The notes under the pieces: model-generated
The model's database searches: none
The model's input: the letters and a program-made list of their open reading frames with translations, nothing else
What the model was told of the DNA's origin: nothing
Shown: positions 44,227 to 57,718 of the stretch, one piece after another
Numbering within the stretch: position 1 is the stretch's first letter
How the letters are laid out: each line of letters starts with the position of its first letter
NCBI GenBank assembly: GCA_964016885.1
Contig: OZ024755.1
Span: 29,326,001-29,390,000, forward strand
DNA length: 64,000 nt
DNA from: Eledone cirrhosa
Taxonomy: Eukaryota
Reading direction: 5' to 3'
Translations under genes and position numbers: made by a program

Positions 44227-44665
44227 CAAATAACGAAACGAAATTAAATTTCGTTTCGTTTGTAACTCACTTTTGTATGACTGACGCTTAAACAATTAAG
44301 TTAAAGATGTACATCCATATATGTATACTGAAATACTAGTATGTATATGAATACACACACGTATACATATGTAGGTGTACCAAGTTTTTTCACTGGTCAC
44401 TTTACTGTGAGTGGCCAGCTATTCTGTATGTAAACACACAGACAAACCGGTTTTTAGAGTCATACTGGTTTTTGAGGAAACACCTCTCCTCTATTCTCCA
44501 GAAAGCCAGACAAGGAATATTGAACTAGTTTCGTTGTTGTTACAACTCATCAGCAATATTTACCTATCTTCCGGCCTCTCTAGAGAATCGTAAAAGCACA
44601 TATCGTTATATGCTTTTTCTATGAAAATTAGTAGTGGGCAGACTAATTTGCATAGAGTGTGAGTA
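44220..44665 (-). mobile_element. Inverted, near-full copy of the 467-bp retrozyme-like unit, with minus-strand HHR at 44516-44560
   Basis: Reverse complement of the array unit; abuts (TA)n on the left and joins the forward array through a TA microhomology at ~44664-44665. Confidence 0.9.
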
Positions 44666-47600
44666 GAGAGGCCGGAAGATAGGTAAATATTGCTGATGAG
44701 TTGTAACAACAACGAAACTAGTTCAATATTCCTTGTCTGGCTTTCTGGAGAATAGAGGAGAGGTGTTTCCTCAAAAACCAGTATGACTCTAAAAACCGGT
44801 TTGTCTGTGTGTTTACATACAGAATAGCTGGCCACTCACAGTAAAGTGACCAGTGAAAAAACTTGGTACACCTACATATGTATACGTGTGTGTATTCATA
44901 TACATACTAGTATTTCAGTATACATATATGGATGTACATCTTTAACTTAATTGTTTAAGCGTCAGTCATACAAAAGTGAGTTACAAACGAAACGAAATTT
45001 AATTTCGTTTCGTTATTTGTTTTTATCGTCTCCGTTGAACCGGTACTTACTCACACTCTATGCAAATTAGTCTGCCCACTACTAATTTTCATAGAAAAAG
45101 CATATAACGATATGTGCTTTTACGATTCTCTAGAGAGGCCGGAAGATAGGTAAATATTGCTGATGAGTTGTAACAACAACGAAACTAGTTCAATATTCCT
45201 TGTCTGGCTTTCTGGAGAATAGAGGAGAGGTGTTTCCTCAAAAACCAGTATGACTCTAAAAACCGGTTTGTCTGTGTGTTTACATACAGAATAGCTGGCC
45301 ACTCACAGTAAAGTGACCAGTGAAAAAACTTGGTACACCTACATATGTATACGTGTGTGTATTCATATACATACTAGTATTTCAGTATACATATATGGAT
45401 GTACATCTTTAACTTAATTGTTTAAGCGTCAGTCATACAAAAGTGAGTTACAAACGAAACGAAATTTAATTTCGTTTCGTTATTTGTTTTTATCGTCTCC
45501 GTTGAACCGGTACTTACTCACACTCTATGCAAATTAGTCTGCCCACTACTAATTTTCATAGAAAAAGCATATAACGATATGTGCTTTTACGATTCTCTAG
45601 AGAGGCCGGAAGATAGGTAAATATTGCTGATGAGTTGTAACAACAACGAAACTAGTTCAATATTCCTTGTCTGGCTTTCTGGAGAATAGAGGAGAGGTGT
45701 TTCCTCAAAAACCAGTATGACTCTAAAAACCGGTTTGTCTGTGTGTTTACATACAGAATAGCTGGCCACTCACAGTAAAGTGACCAGTGAAAAAACTTGG
45801 TACACCTACATATGTATACGTGTGTGTATTCATATACATACTAGTATTTCAGTATACATATATGGATGTACATCTTTAACTTAATTGTTTAAGCGTCAGT
45901 CATACAAAAGTGAGTTACAAACGAAACGAAATTTAATTTCGTTTCGTTATTTGTTTTTATCGTCTCCGTTGAACCGGTACTTACTCACACTCTATGCAAA
46001 TTAGTCTGCCCACTACTAATTTTCATAGAAAAAGCATATAACGATATGTGCTTTTACGATTCTCTAGAGAGGCCGGAAGATAGGTAAATATTGCTGATGA
46101 GTTGTAACAACAACGAAACTAGTTCAATATTCCTTGTCTGGCTTTCTGGAGAATAGAGGAGAGGTGTTTCCTCAAAAACCAGTATGACTCTAAAAACCGG
46201 TTTGTCTGTGTGTTTACATACAGAATAGCTGGCCACTCACAGTAAAGTGACCAGTGAAAAAACTTGGTACACCTACATATGTATACGTGTGTGTATTCAT
46301 ATACATACTAGTATTTCAGTATACATATATGGATGTACATCTTTAACTTAATTGTTTAAGCGTCAGTCATACAAAAGTGAGTTACAAACGAAACGAAATT
46401 TAATTTCGTTTCGTTATTTGTTTTTATCGTCTCCGTTGAACCGGTACTTACTCACACTCTATGCAAATTAGTCTGCCCACTACTAATTTTCATAGAAAAA
46501 GCATATAACGATATGTGCTTTTACGATTCTCTAGAGAGGCCGGAAGATAGGTAAATATTGCTGATGAGTTGTAACAACAACGAAACTAGTTCAATATTCC
46601 TTGTCTGGCTTTCTGGAGAATAGAGGAGAGGTGTTTCCTCAAAAACCAGTATGACTCTAAAAACCGGTTTGTCTGTGTGTTTACATACAGAATAGCTGGC
46701 CACTCACAGTAAAGTGACCAGTGAAAAAACTTGGTACACCTACATATGTATACGTGTGTGTATTCATATACATACTAGTATTTCAGTATACATATATGGA
46801 TGTACATCTTTAACTTAATTGTTTAAGCGTCAGTCATACAAAAGTGAGTTACAAACGAAACGAAATTTAATTTCGTTTCGTTATTTGTTTTTATCGTCTC
46901 CGTTGAACCGGTACTTACTCACACTCTATGCAAATTAGTCTGCCCACTACTAATTTTCATAGAAAAAGCATATAACGATATGTGCTTTTACGATTCTCTA
47001 GAGAGGCCGGAAGATAGGTAAATATTGCTGATGAGTTGTAACAACAACGAAACTAGTTCAATATTCCTTGTCTGGCTTTCTGGAGAATAGAGGAGAGGTG
47101 TTTCCTCAAAAACCAGTATGACTCTAAAAACCGGTTTGTCTGTGTGTTTACATACAGAATAGCTGGCCACTCACAGTAAAGTGACCAGTGAAAAAACTTG
47201 GTACACCTACATATGTATACGTGTGTGTATTCATATACATACTAGTATTTCAGTATACATATATGGATGTACATCTTTAACTTAATTGTTTAAGCGTCAG
47301 TCATACAAAAGTGAGTTACAAACGAAACGAAATTTAATTTCGTTTCGTTATTTGTTTTTATCGTCTCCGTTGAACCGGTACTTACTCACACTCTATGCAA
47401 ATTAGTCTGCCCACTACTAATTTTCATAGAAAAAGCATATAACGATATGTGCTTTTACGATTCTCTAGAGAGGCCGGAAGATAGGTAAATATTGCTGATG
47501 AGTTGTAACAACAACGAAACTAGTTCAATATTCCTTGTCTGGCTTTCTGGAGAATAGAGGAGAGGTGTTTCCTCAAAAACCAGTATGACTCTAAAAACCG

Positions 47601-50600
47601 GTTTGTCTGTGTGTTTACATACAGAATAGCTGGCCACTCACAGTAAAGTGACCAGTGAAAAAACTTGGTACACCTACATATGTATACGTGTGTGTATTCA
47701 TATACATACTAGTATTTCAGTATACATATATGGATGTACATCTTTAACTTAATTGTTTAAGCGTCAGTCATACAAAAGTGAGTTACAAACGAAACGAAAT
47801 TTAATTTCGTTTCGTTATTTGTTTTTATCGTCTCCGTTGAACCGGTACTTACTCACACTCTATGCAAATTAGTCTGCCCACTACTAATTTTCATAGAAAA
47901 AGCATATAACGATATGTGCTTTTACGATTCTCTAGAGAGGCCGGAAGATAGGTAAATATTGCTGATGAGTTGTAACAACAACGAAACTAGTTCAATATTC
48001 CTTGTCTGGCTTTCTGGAGAATAGAGGAGAGGTGTTTCCTCAAAAACCAGTATGACTCTAAAAACCGGTTTGTCTGTGTGTTTACATACAGAATAGCTGG
48101 CCACTCACAGTAAAGTGACCAGTGAAAAAACTTGGTACACCTACATATGTATACGTGTGTGTATTCATATACATACTAGTATTTCAGTATACATATATGG
48201 ATGTACATCTTTAACTTAATTGTTTAAGCGTCAGTCATACAAAAGTGAGTTACAAACGAAACGAAATTTAATTTCGTTTCGTTATTTGTTTTTATCGTCT
48301 CCGTTGAACCGGTACTTACTCACACTCTATGCAAATTAGTCTGCCCACTACTAATTTTCATAGAAAAAGCATATAACGATATGTGCTTTTACGATTCTCT
48401 AGAGAGGCCGGAAGATAGGTAAATATTGCTGATGAGTTGTAACAACAACGAAACTAGTTCAATATTCCTTGTCTGGCTTTCTGGAGAATAGAGGAGAGGT
48501 GTTTCCTCAAAAACCAGTATGACTCTAAAAACCGGTTTGTCTGTGTGTTTACATACAGAATAGCTGGCCACTCACAGTAAAGTGACCAGTGAAAAAACTT
48601 GGTACACCTACATATGTATACGTGTGTGTATTCATATACATACTAGTATTTCAGTATACATATATGGATGTACATCTTTAACTTAATTGTTTAAGCGTCA
48701 GTCATACAAAAGTGAGTTACAAACGAAACGAAATTTAATTTCGTTTCGTTATTTGTTTTTATCGTCTCCGTTGAACCGGTACTTACTCACACTCTATGCA
48801 AATTAGTCTGCCCACTACTAATTTTCATAGAAAAAGCATATAACGATATGTGCTTTTACGATTCTCTAGAGAGGCCGGAAGATAGGTAAATATTGCTGAT
48901 GAGTTGTAACAACAACGAAACTAGTTCAATATTCCTTGTCTGGCTTTCTGGAGAATAGAGGAGAGGTGTTTCCTCAAAAACCAGTATGACTCTAAAAACC
49001 GGTTTGTCTGTGTGTTTACATACAGAATAGCTGGCCACTCACAGTAAAGTGACCAGTGAAAAAACTTGGTACACCTACATATGTATACGTGTGTGTATTC
49101 ATATACATACTAGTATTTCAGTATACATATATGGATGTACATCTTTAACTTAATTGTTTAAGCGTCAGTCATACAAAAGTGAGTTACAAACGAAACGAAA
49201 TTTAATTTCGTTTCGTTATTTGTTTTTATCGTCTCCGTTGAACCGGTACTTACTCACACTCTATGCAAATTAGTCTGCCCACTACTAATTTTCATAGAAA
49301 AAGCATATAACGATATGTGCTTTTACGATTCTCTAGAGAGGCCGGAAGATAGGTAAATATTGCTGATGAGTTGTAACAACAACGAAACTAGTTCAATATT
49401 CCTTGTCTGGCTTTCTGGAGAATAGAGGAGAGGTGTTTCCTCAAAAACCAGTATGACTCTAAAAACCGGTTTGTCTGTGTGTTTACATACAGAATAGCTG
49501 GCCACTCACAGTAAAGTGACCAGTGAAAAAACTTGGTACACCTACATATGTATACGTGTGTGTATTCATATACATACTAGTATTTCAGTATACATATATG
49601 GATGTACATCTTTAACTTAATTGTTTAAGCGTCAGTCATACAAAAGTGAGTTACAAACGAAACGAAATTTAATTTCGTTTCGTTATTTGTTTTTATCGTC
49701 TCCGTTGAACCGGTACTTACTCACACTCTATGCAAATTAGTCTGCCCACTACTAATTTTCATAGAAAAAGCATATAACGATATGTGCTTTTACGATTCTC
49801 TAGAGAGGCCGGAAGATAGGTAAATATTGCTGATGAGTTGTAACAACAACGAAACTAGTTCAATATTCCTTGTCTGGCTTTCTGGAGAATAGAGGAGAGG
49901 TGTTTCCTCAAAAACCAGTATGACTCTAAAAACCGGTTTGTCTGTGTGTTTACATACAGAATAGCTGGCCACTCACAGTAAAGTGACCAGTGAAAAAACT
50001 TGGTACACCTACATATGTATACGTGTGTGTATTCATATACATACTAGTATTTCAGTATACATATATGGATGTACATCTTTAACTTAATTGTTTAAGCGTC
50101 AGTCATACAAAAGTGAGTTACAAACGAAACGAAATTTAATTTCGTTTCGTTATTTGTTTTTATCGTCTCCGTTGAACCGGTACTTACTCACACTCTATGC
50201 AAATTAGTCTGCCCACTACTAATTTTCATAGAAAAAGCATATAACGATATGTGCTTTTACGATTCTCTAGAGAGGCCGGAAGATAGGTAAATATTGCTGA
50301 TGAGTTGTAACAACAACGAAACTAGTTCAATATTCCTTGTCTGGCTTTCTGGAGAATAGAGGAGAGGTGTTTCCTCAAAAACCAGTATGACTCTAAAAAC
50401 CGGTTTGTCTGTGTGTTTACATACAGAATAGCTGGCCACTCACAGTAAAGTGACCAGTGAAAAAACTTGGTACACCTACATATGTATACGTGTGTGTATT
50501 CATATACATACTAGTATTTCAGTATACATATATGGATGTACATCTTTAACTTAATTGTTTAAGCGTCAGTCATACAAAAGTGAGTTACAAACGAAACGAA

Positions 50601-51017
50601 ATTTAATTTCGTTTCGTTATTTGTTTTTATCGTCTCCGTTGAACCGGTACTTACTCACACTCTATGCAAATTAGTCTGCCCACTACTAATTTTCATAGAA
50701 AAAGCATATAACGATATGTGCTTTTACGATTCTCTAGAGAGGCCGGAAGATAGGTAAATATTGCTGATGAGTTGTAACAACAACGAAACTAGTTCAATAT
50801 TCCTTGACTGGCTTTCTGGAGAATAGAGGAGAGGTGTTTCCTCAAAAACCAGTATGACTCTAAAAACCGGTTTGTCTGTGTGTTTACATACAGAATAGCT
50901 GGCCACTCACAGTAAAGTGACCAGTGAAAAAACTTGGTACACCTACATATGTATACGTGTGTGTATTCATATACATACTAGTATTTCAGTATACATATAT
51001 GGATGTACATCTTTAAC

Positions 51018-51023
<6 letters not shown>
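44664..51023 (+). mobile_element. Tandem array of ~13.6 x 467-bp HHR-containing units (non-LTR retrozyme-like)
   Basis: Exact 467-bp period (the spurious 60-aa ORF recurs every 467 bp); 14 HHR copies starting at 44686+467n (n=0..13); ends in (TA)n at 51024. Confidence 0.9.
44686..44730 (+). ncRNA. Minimal type I hammerhead ribozyme (first of 14 copies)
   Basis: AATATTG-CTGATGA-GTTGT aaca ACAAC-GAA-ACTAGT-T-CAATATT: 7-bp stem I, 5-bp stem II, palindromic ACTAGT stem III, GUU triplet with predicted cleavage after 44723. Confidence 0.9.
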
Positions 51024-51073
<50 letters not shown>

Positions 51074-51223
51074 AAGAGGGTGTGCTAAGATAGCAGGTGG
51101 ACCATAACGCACCAAAGTACTCGATGCTTGGGGTAGTAGTGTGGGTAATATGAGAAGATTCAGGACCCCGTTCGGATCTAGCTGTCGAAACGGCCGGAGC
51201 TCGGCCGTCGGGACCTGAATCTG

Positions 51224-51259
<36 letters not shown>

Positions 51260-51446
51260 AACCAGTAAGACCCCGAGAGCTGAGCTCAAGCCGTTTCGAC
51301 GGCTAATTCTGGACTGAATTAGCCGTCGAAACGGCTTGAGCTCAGCTGTCGGGGTCTTACTGGTTCCTATTATCCACTCTACTACCTCAAGTATTGAGTA
51401 CTTTGGTGCGTTATGGTCCACCTGGTTCCTTACCACATTTCCTTCG

Positions 51447-51487
<41 letters not shown>

Positions 51488-51490
<3 letters not shown>

Positions 51491-52057
51491 TTTCTGAATT
51501 TGTTTAGCAAGATTCTTTATCTGAAATCGTGTGTTGAAACCGATATTGTTATACTTTGGGAGGGTCATGTTGCCAATAAGAAACACACGCACCAGTTGCT
51601 TTCACTTCAATTTAATTTAATATATATTTATAAATTTACAAATTTATAAATTTCTGGTTGGTTGGTTGGTTCCACAACCAGATAGTTGTTTATATATATA
51701 TAGTCATAGTTCTTTCGTCACACACTCTGTGACCTCTTCAGTGACTGGGGATTTCTTTCTTCGTTTCTGTGCCTTTCCTTTCTTCTATCCTACGCCAGAA
51801 AATGGCGTAGGATAGAAGAAAGGAAAGGCACAGAAACGAAGAAAGAAATCCCCAGTCACTGAAGAGGTCACAGAGTGTGTGACGAAAGAACTATGACTAT
51901 ATATATATAAACAACTATCTGGTTGTGGAACCAACCAACCAACCAGAAATTTATAAATTTGTAAATTTATAAATATATATTAAATTAAATTGAAGTGAAA
52001 GCAACTGGTGCGTGTGTTTCTTATTGGCAACATGACCCTCCCAAAGTATAACAATAT
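51488..52057. mobile_element. Perfect palindromic mini-element (arms 51543-51797 and 51803-52057) with an HHR on each strand
   Basis: 255-bp arms with loop gaaaa. HHR + 51854-51898: AGTCA-CTGAAGA-g-GTCACA gagtg TGTGAC-GAA-AG aa CT-A-TGACT; mirror copy at - 51702-51746. (TA)n on both sides. Confidence 0.88.
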
Positions 52058-52287
52058 ATATATATATATATATATATACATTAAAATAACAGATTAAAGT
52101 TTAAGTAAAATATCGCAGCTTTCACCCTTAACGGGATCTTCTGAAACTCGGTTAAGGATTAGGGTTAAACTTTAATCTGTTATTTTAATAAATATTTGCT
52201 CTATGGTTTTATATATTTTTATATATATTATATATATATTATTCTTATCCACCCCTCTTCGCATTTTAGTCTTCACGGTTATTATTG

Positions 52288-52327
<40 letters not shown>

Positions 52328-52339
52328 TACATATATATA

Positions 52340-52612
52340 TACAAAGTGTTAAAACGATAACATTTTAGTTTAGAACATTTATTTGCTGACAATTGTTTCT
52401 TCCAGAGGGAAGTCTGGGATCATCGGAGCAGAGGGAATGTCGAAACATGTGACTAAAATCTACGACACTAACAATAATTATGTACCCTAAATGTTCTGAA
52501 TGACTGGGATTTTAGTCACATGTTTCGATGATTCCAGACTTCCCTCTGGTAGAAACAATTGTCAGCAAATAAATGTTCTAAACTAAAATTTGATGGTTTT
52601 AACACTTTGTAT
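52340..52612. mobile_element. Foldback mini-element with U4C-variant HHR (- 52384-52430); second copy at - 55343-55389
   Basis: TGCT-CCGATGA-T(C/T)CCAGA..TCTGGA(A/C)-GAA-ACAATTGT-C-AGCA: palindromic stem III, GUC triplet, CCGAUGA core in both copies. Confidence 0.7.
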
Positions 52613-52728
52613 CTCGGCTCTTGAAAATTTGCATTGAGCCTTTTGTCATAACGGTAACCGGCTAGTACTTAGTACTACCCTTCATATTTATAATTGTATT
52701 AGACATATATAAATATTAATATTATTAT

Positions 52729-52766
<38 letters not shown>

Positions 52767-53082
52767 AAATGGGGAGAAGAATACTGCAGGTTGCACATGG
52801 ATAACATGTAATAAAATGAGTCCCTCATCAGTGATTTGCCGACGATCATAGATATTTCATTGCATTAAAAATCATATACCTCACGTCGGTGCAATAATAA
52901 CTAAATTAAGTTATTAGGACAATTAAAACGCGTAAAGCGAGTGAGACAAGATAACAACAAAGAGGAGAGCTAACCGTAGAGAGGAAGGGAACAAGCTACT
53001 TAGTTATTCTGTTAGCATAAGCTAGGTGAATATATGAGCGCTTAGAAAAAAGACCTTTCGGGATAGATATATAAATACCGTT

Positions 53083-53113
<31 letters not shown>

Positions 53114-53226
53114 GGTTGGCTGAAAGATATCCCGTATTTTACATAGTAACCGTATGAAATATGGATGGTTGTCTGTCATACACAATATATGCTGAGAAAT
53201 GTATCTACTGCTGTTTGTATTGAATT

Positions 53227-53297
<71 letters not shown>

Positions 53298-53635
53298 CTA
53301 GATTATACATATATAGATATATCAATATACTCTCAAGTGTTTGGTTTGCTTTGTTTAATATATTTGACATTATCCTTTGTTGAAAATATATTTGAAGGTA
53401 AACGTGAAGATCTGTATGTACCCACATCATCATTACCATTATAGGAAACGGGTAATCATGTTATTATTCCAATATTATATTGTTTAATGTCACCCGCTAC
53501 ATGGTAGATTCAATACTTCAGAGAAAATATTAACTAATAAATACACAAGGGAATGGTGACCTTGTATGTTATTAATATTTAGAAATCCTTAATTCTGATG
53601 ACTGATGAGAATCAGCATTAGTACACCGTCTAGAT

Positions 53636-53876
53636 CAGACATGTCAAACATTGGGCTCGCGGGTGGCAGTGACCCTTTACAAGCACGCACACATGTGGCC
53701 CGCACAAAGGTTTTTACAGTGCGGGCGTCATATAAAATAAAAAATATAAGTTGTAATGTGCGCAATTAGTTGTCATATGTGGTCCTCAGACAACACATAT
53801 GTGACCCATGTGGTCCTCAGACAACACATGTGTGACCCATGTGGCACTCGGGGAGACCCTCAGTTTGACGTGCCTG
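53636..53876. mobile_element. hAT (Charlie-type) MITE
   Basis: TIRs CAGACATGTCAAAC / GTTTGACGTGCCTG; 8-bp TSD gtctagat (53628-53635) / gtctaaat (53877-53884); internal catgtggtcc repeats. Confidence 0.85.
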
Positions 53877-54159
53877 GTCTAAATAAACTATCGTATATTA
53901 CATTTTAGAACAATATTGTGTATGTTTCGAAAGTAGTTATTGATGTAAAAGGTACGTTGATCTAATAGCAGTTGTCACTAAATAGACGTAGATACGTTTA
54001 ATTTCAGATGCTCTAAAATATGTGCTAAACGGACTGTAAATTTTGTTCAATTTTCTACAATAAAAGGCAAATATTCCGTATAACACTTTAAAAAATGACC
54101 AAACCTATATTGAATAATGTAATATTACTTGCATGGTGACCGAAAAGAAATGGAGTGAT

Positions 54160-54352
54160 AAATGTTTCTACGTTTGGCACAAGGTCAGCAATTACCAGTG
54201 TATTACTGGTACTACTTTATTTTATCGACTCCGTAAGGATGAAAGGCAACGTTGACTTCGGCGGGATTTGAACTCAGAATGGCAAGGCCCGTTACTCTAT
54301 GCGTCAAAGCACGGCGTCCGACCCTCTACCGATACTGCCAATCCACCGCCTA
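54160..54352 (-). mobile_element. SINE family A with TSD
   Basis: Family motifs; aatggagtgataa on both flanks. Confidence 0.88.
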
Positions 54353-54872
54353 ATGGAGTGATAATGCCGAAAATATATACGCAAATATCACAGTTTCTCT
54401 GTTGAATTATTTAGCAAAGTTCACATTGTTAATGAACTACAAAAGACATATCAGAAATTAATCTATTCTTCTTTGACTTTAAACGAATTTGATGTCTCGT
54501 TCTAGTTCATAAATCGATATTCGCTTTCTATAGTGCCTAATTTATTTGCATTAAATTCGATTGTGACGCATTATTGTAAGTGATAATTTCGTTCTGTTTA
54601 ATGCCCAAAAATGTAAAGATTTATAGGCTATTATACACGAATTCACTGAATATACACATCTGATTTTCTGCTCCCCGCTTTTCTTCATTTTGCCACCTTC
54701 CTTCCTCTTATCACTCTTTATCTCATACATTTTCTATTAAGTTCTACTTCTAATTCTATATTCTGATGAAGGAATAGCGTCCGAAACATTAAGACTCTCT
54801 AACTGCTACTTCAAGTTTCAAACTAATATATATCTTCCATGTACTGTGCCGTTTGTTTTGTTATTTATTACA

Positions 54873-54981
<109 letters not shown>

Positions 54982-55841
54982 TAACAGATTTAAGTTTAAG
55001 CGAAGAATCGCTGCTTTCATCCTTAACGGGATCTTCTGAAACTAACAAAGTCAATCTGTAAACGCAGAAGTGAATATTTCAAAAAACGTTGCGACCGGAA
55101 GAAGACAGGAAGACGATACTTTGGTTCGTGGAAACGTTCCCTGGCAAAGAACGGGAAAAAACGAATATAATACGTCATTAATAGACAGAACCACGTTTAT
55201 GGTATAAAAGAAGTCGTAGACTAATATTCTCTTAGGTGGTTCATAGAGACGTTGTTTGGCAATGAACGGAAAAAACGAAGATAATACGTCATATGTGGAT
55301 CGTGGAGAACAATTGCACACAGAGTATTAGTATATATATATTTGCTGACAATTGTTTCGTCCAGAGGGATGTCTGGAATCATCGGAGCATAGGGAATGTC
55401 TAAACAGGTGATTAAACTCCTATCCTTCAGAATATTTAGGTAGATACATAACTGTTGCCAGTGTCCTAGAATCACGTAGAGAATCGGGAGTTAAAAGAAT
55501 GTTATACTTCAGAGAACACAATTATAAGGAGCAATGGCGAAAAGTGAAAACGGTACAGGCAAAAGAAGTTACAAGCAAGAAAAAATGTAAGATAGGATAA
55601 ACATGAGATATCATAGCATTGGAGATCAGGTAATGTTAAGATAATGCAAGAGTCAATACAATTAACAAGGCACGTATGAGGTAAGAGTTATATTACAACT
55701 GAAATAAGCATATTTCGTGTAAAATGTAAAAACATTTTACAAGTGTAGTAAAAGCATGTCACAAGTACTTAGTACTACCCTCCATATTTATAACTGTATA
55801 TTAAACATATATAAGTATAAATATTATTATTATTACTATAT

Positions 55842-55916
<75 letters not shown>

Positions 55917-56166
55917 GATTTGCAAGGTTTTTTTATATGAAATCGTGTGTCGAAACAAATATTGTTAAACTTGGGGAGTAAAACCGAATGGAATAACAAC
56001 AATAACCATACCAAAACAAACAATACTGACTTAAGAGAAATATAAATAAATAAATAAATAAACAGAATAAAAATGGCGTGAACATTACAATACAACACAA
56101 TAGGAGGGAACATGATAATAGTACCACTGATGATGTTGCAGACGTGCAACGAAAGAACTTTGTTAG

Positions 56167-56241
<75 letters not shown>

Positions 56242-56402
56242 CTGTATTTTTAACCGATGGTCAGTCAATGATAAAAATTGATTGGCAAATAAATTAACTG
56301 TGGAGGTATAAAAGATGCAGAAGCGAAAACCAACCAAACAGTGAGTGTGTTCTGTTATTATTTCTGGCAATATTATTACAACAATATGACCCTCCCCAAG
56401 TA

Positions 56403-56463
<61 letters not shown>

Positions 56464-56656
56464 AGAGAGTATAACGAAGTTACTGTAGATTCACCCAGGT
56501 CAGCACTCGATCTTTGGGTTTACGTCAGTAGCGAGGTGTAGAGCTTTTGATTCCAGAGTCGGGTCAGATCGATACAGATCGAACCTTGAGCTGATCAATA
56601 GCGAAACGCGCGTCACCAACCAATAAACGTAATGAAGGCTTAACCAATCATCCTTA

Positions 56657-56698
<42 letters not shown>

Positions 56699-57221
56699 GA
56701 TATTAAACAAATGGAAACTATATTTATAAAACCATATTTATTTCATTATATATATTTTAGGGATATCATATTAAAAATATGGTATGCCTTCTTCAGACAA
56801 AATACAATATAAACAGTCTTATAAATAGATAGATTTGACATACCTTACAACTTCAACTTCCATTTAAAAAGTTGATTTTTAAATGGAAGTTGAAGTTGTA
56901 AATCAACTTTTAAATGGAAATCAACTTTTTAATGGAAATCAACTTTTAAATGTAAATCAACTTTTTAAATGGAAGTTGAAGTTGTAAGGTATGTCAAATC
57001 TATCTATTTATAAGACTGTTTATATTGTATTTTGTCTGAAGAAGGCATACCATATTTTTAATATGATATCCCTGAAATATATATATAATGAAATAAATAT
57101 GGTTTTATAAATATAGTTTCCATTTATTTAATATCGTAAATATACTCCAAATACTTGTTGAGTGCTTTTATATCAGTTATAAATATTTACTCGTTGTAAC
57201 CCAACAATTTAAATAAAACTT

Positions 57222-57280
<59 letters not shown>

Positions 57281-57534
57281 TGACTACTTTGTGGGGTCTG
57301 GTTGGATATACACATGTTATGTATGTGAGGCAAACAGAAATTCATTGAAATCGAATAGTGACTATATTCGTGGGAAGAGTACCCGACGACTGGTAGCAAC
57401 ATATTAGAGACTCACATTGACTTAACATTATACATGTACGGTAGTATATATTCAAATATGTACGTACAATTTGCTATATTATGTGAAACCTGTATACACT
57501 GCATTTTTTATATATATCCATTATTATATATATT

Positions 57535-57718
57535 TGTTTCTACTTTAGGCACAAGGCCAGCAATTACCCAGTGCATTACTGGTACTTTATTTTATCGACC
57601 CCGTAAGGATGAAAGGCAAAGTCAACCTCGGCGGGATTTGAACTCAGATCGGAAAGGGACGTAACTATGCTGGAAAGCATAGCGTCCGACCCTCTACCGA
57701 TACTGCCAATCCACCGCC
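57535..57718 (-). mobile_element. SINE family A with TSD
   Basis: Near-identical to the 29520-29707 copy; ttattatatatatt on both flanks. Confidence 0.9.

Noticed and set aside
44411-50906. Repeated 60-aa ORF MASYSVCKHT.. as a tandem gene family
   Set aside because: Starts at GTG, is antisense to the ribozyme, has no recognisable domain and simply tracks the 467-bp period.
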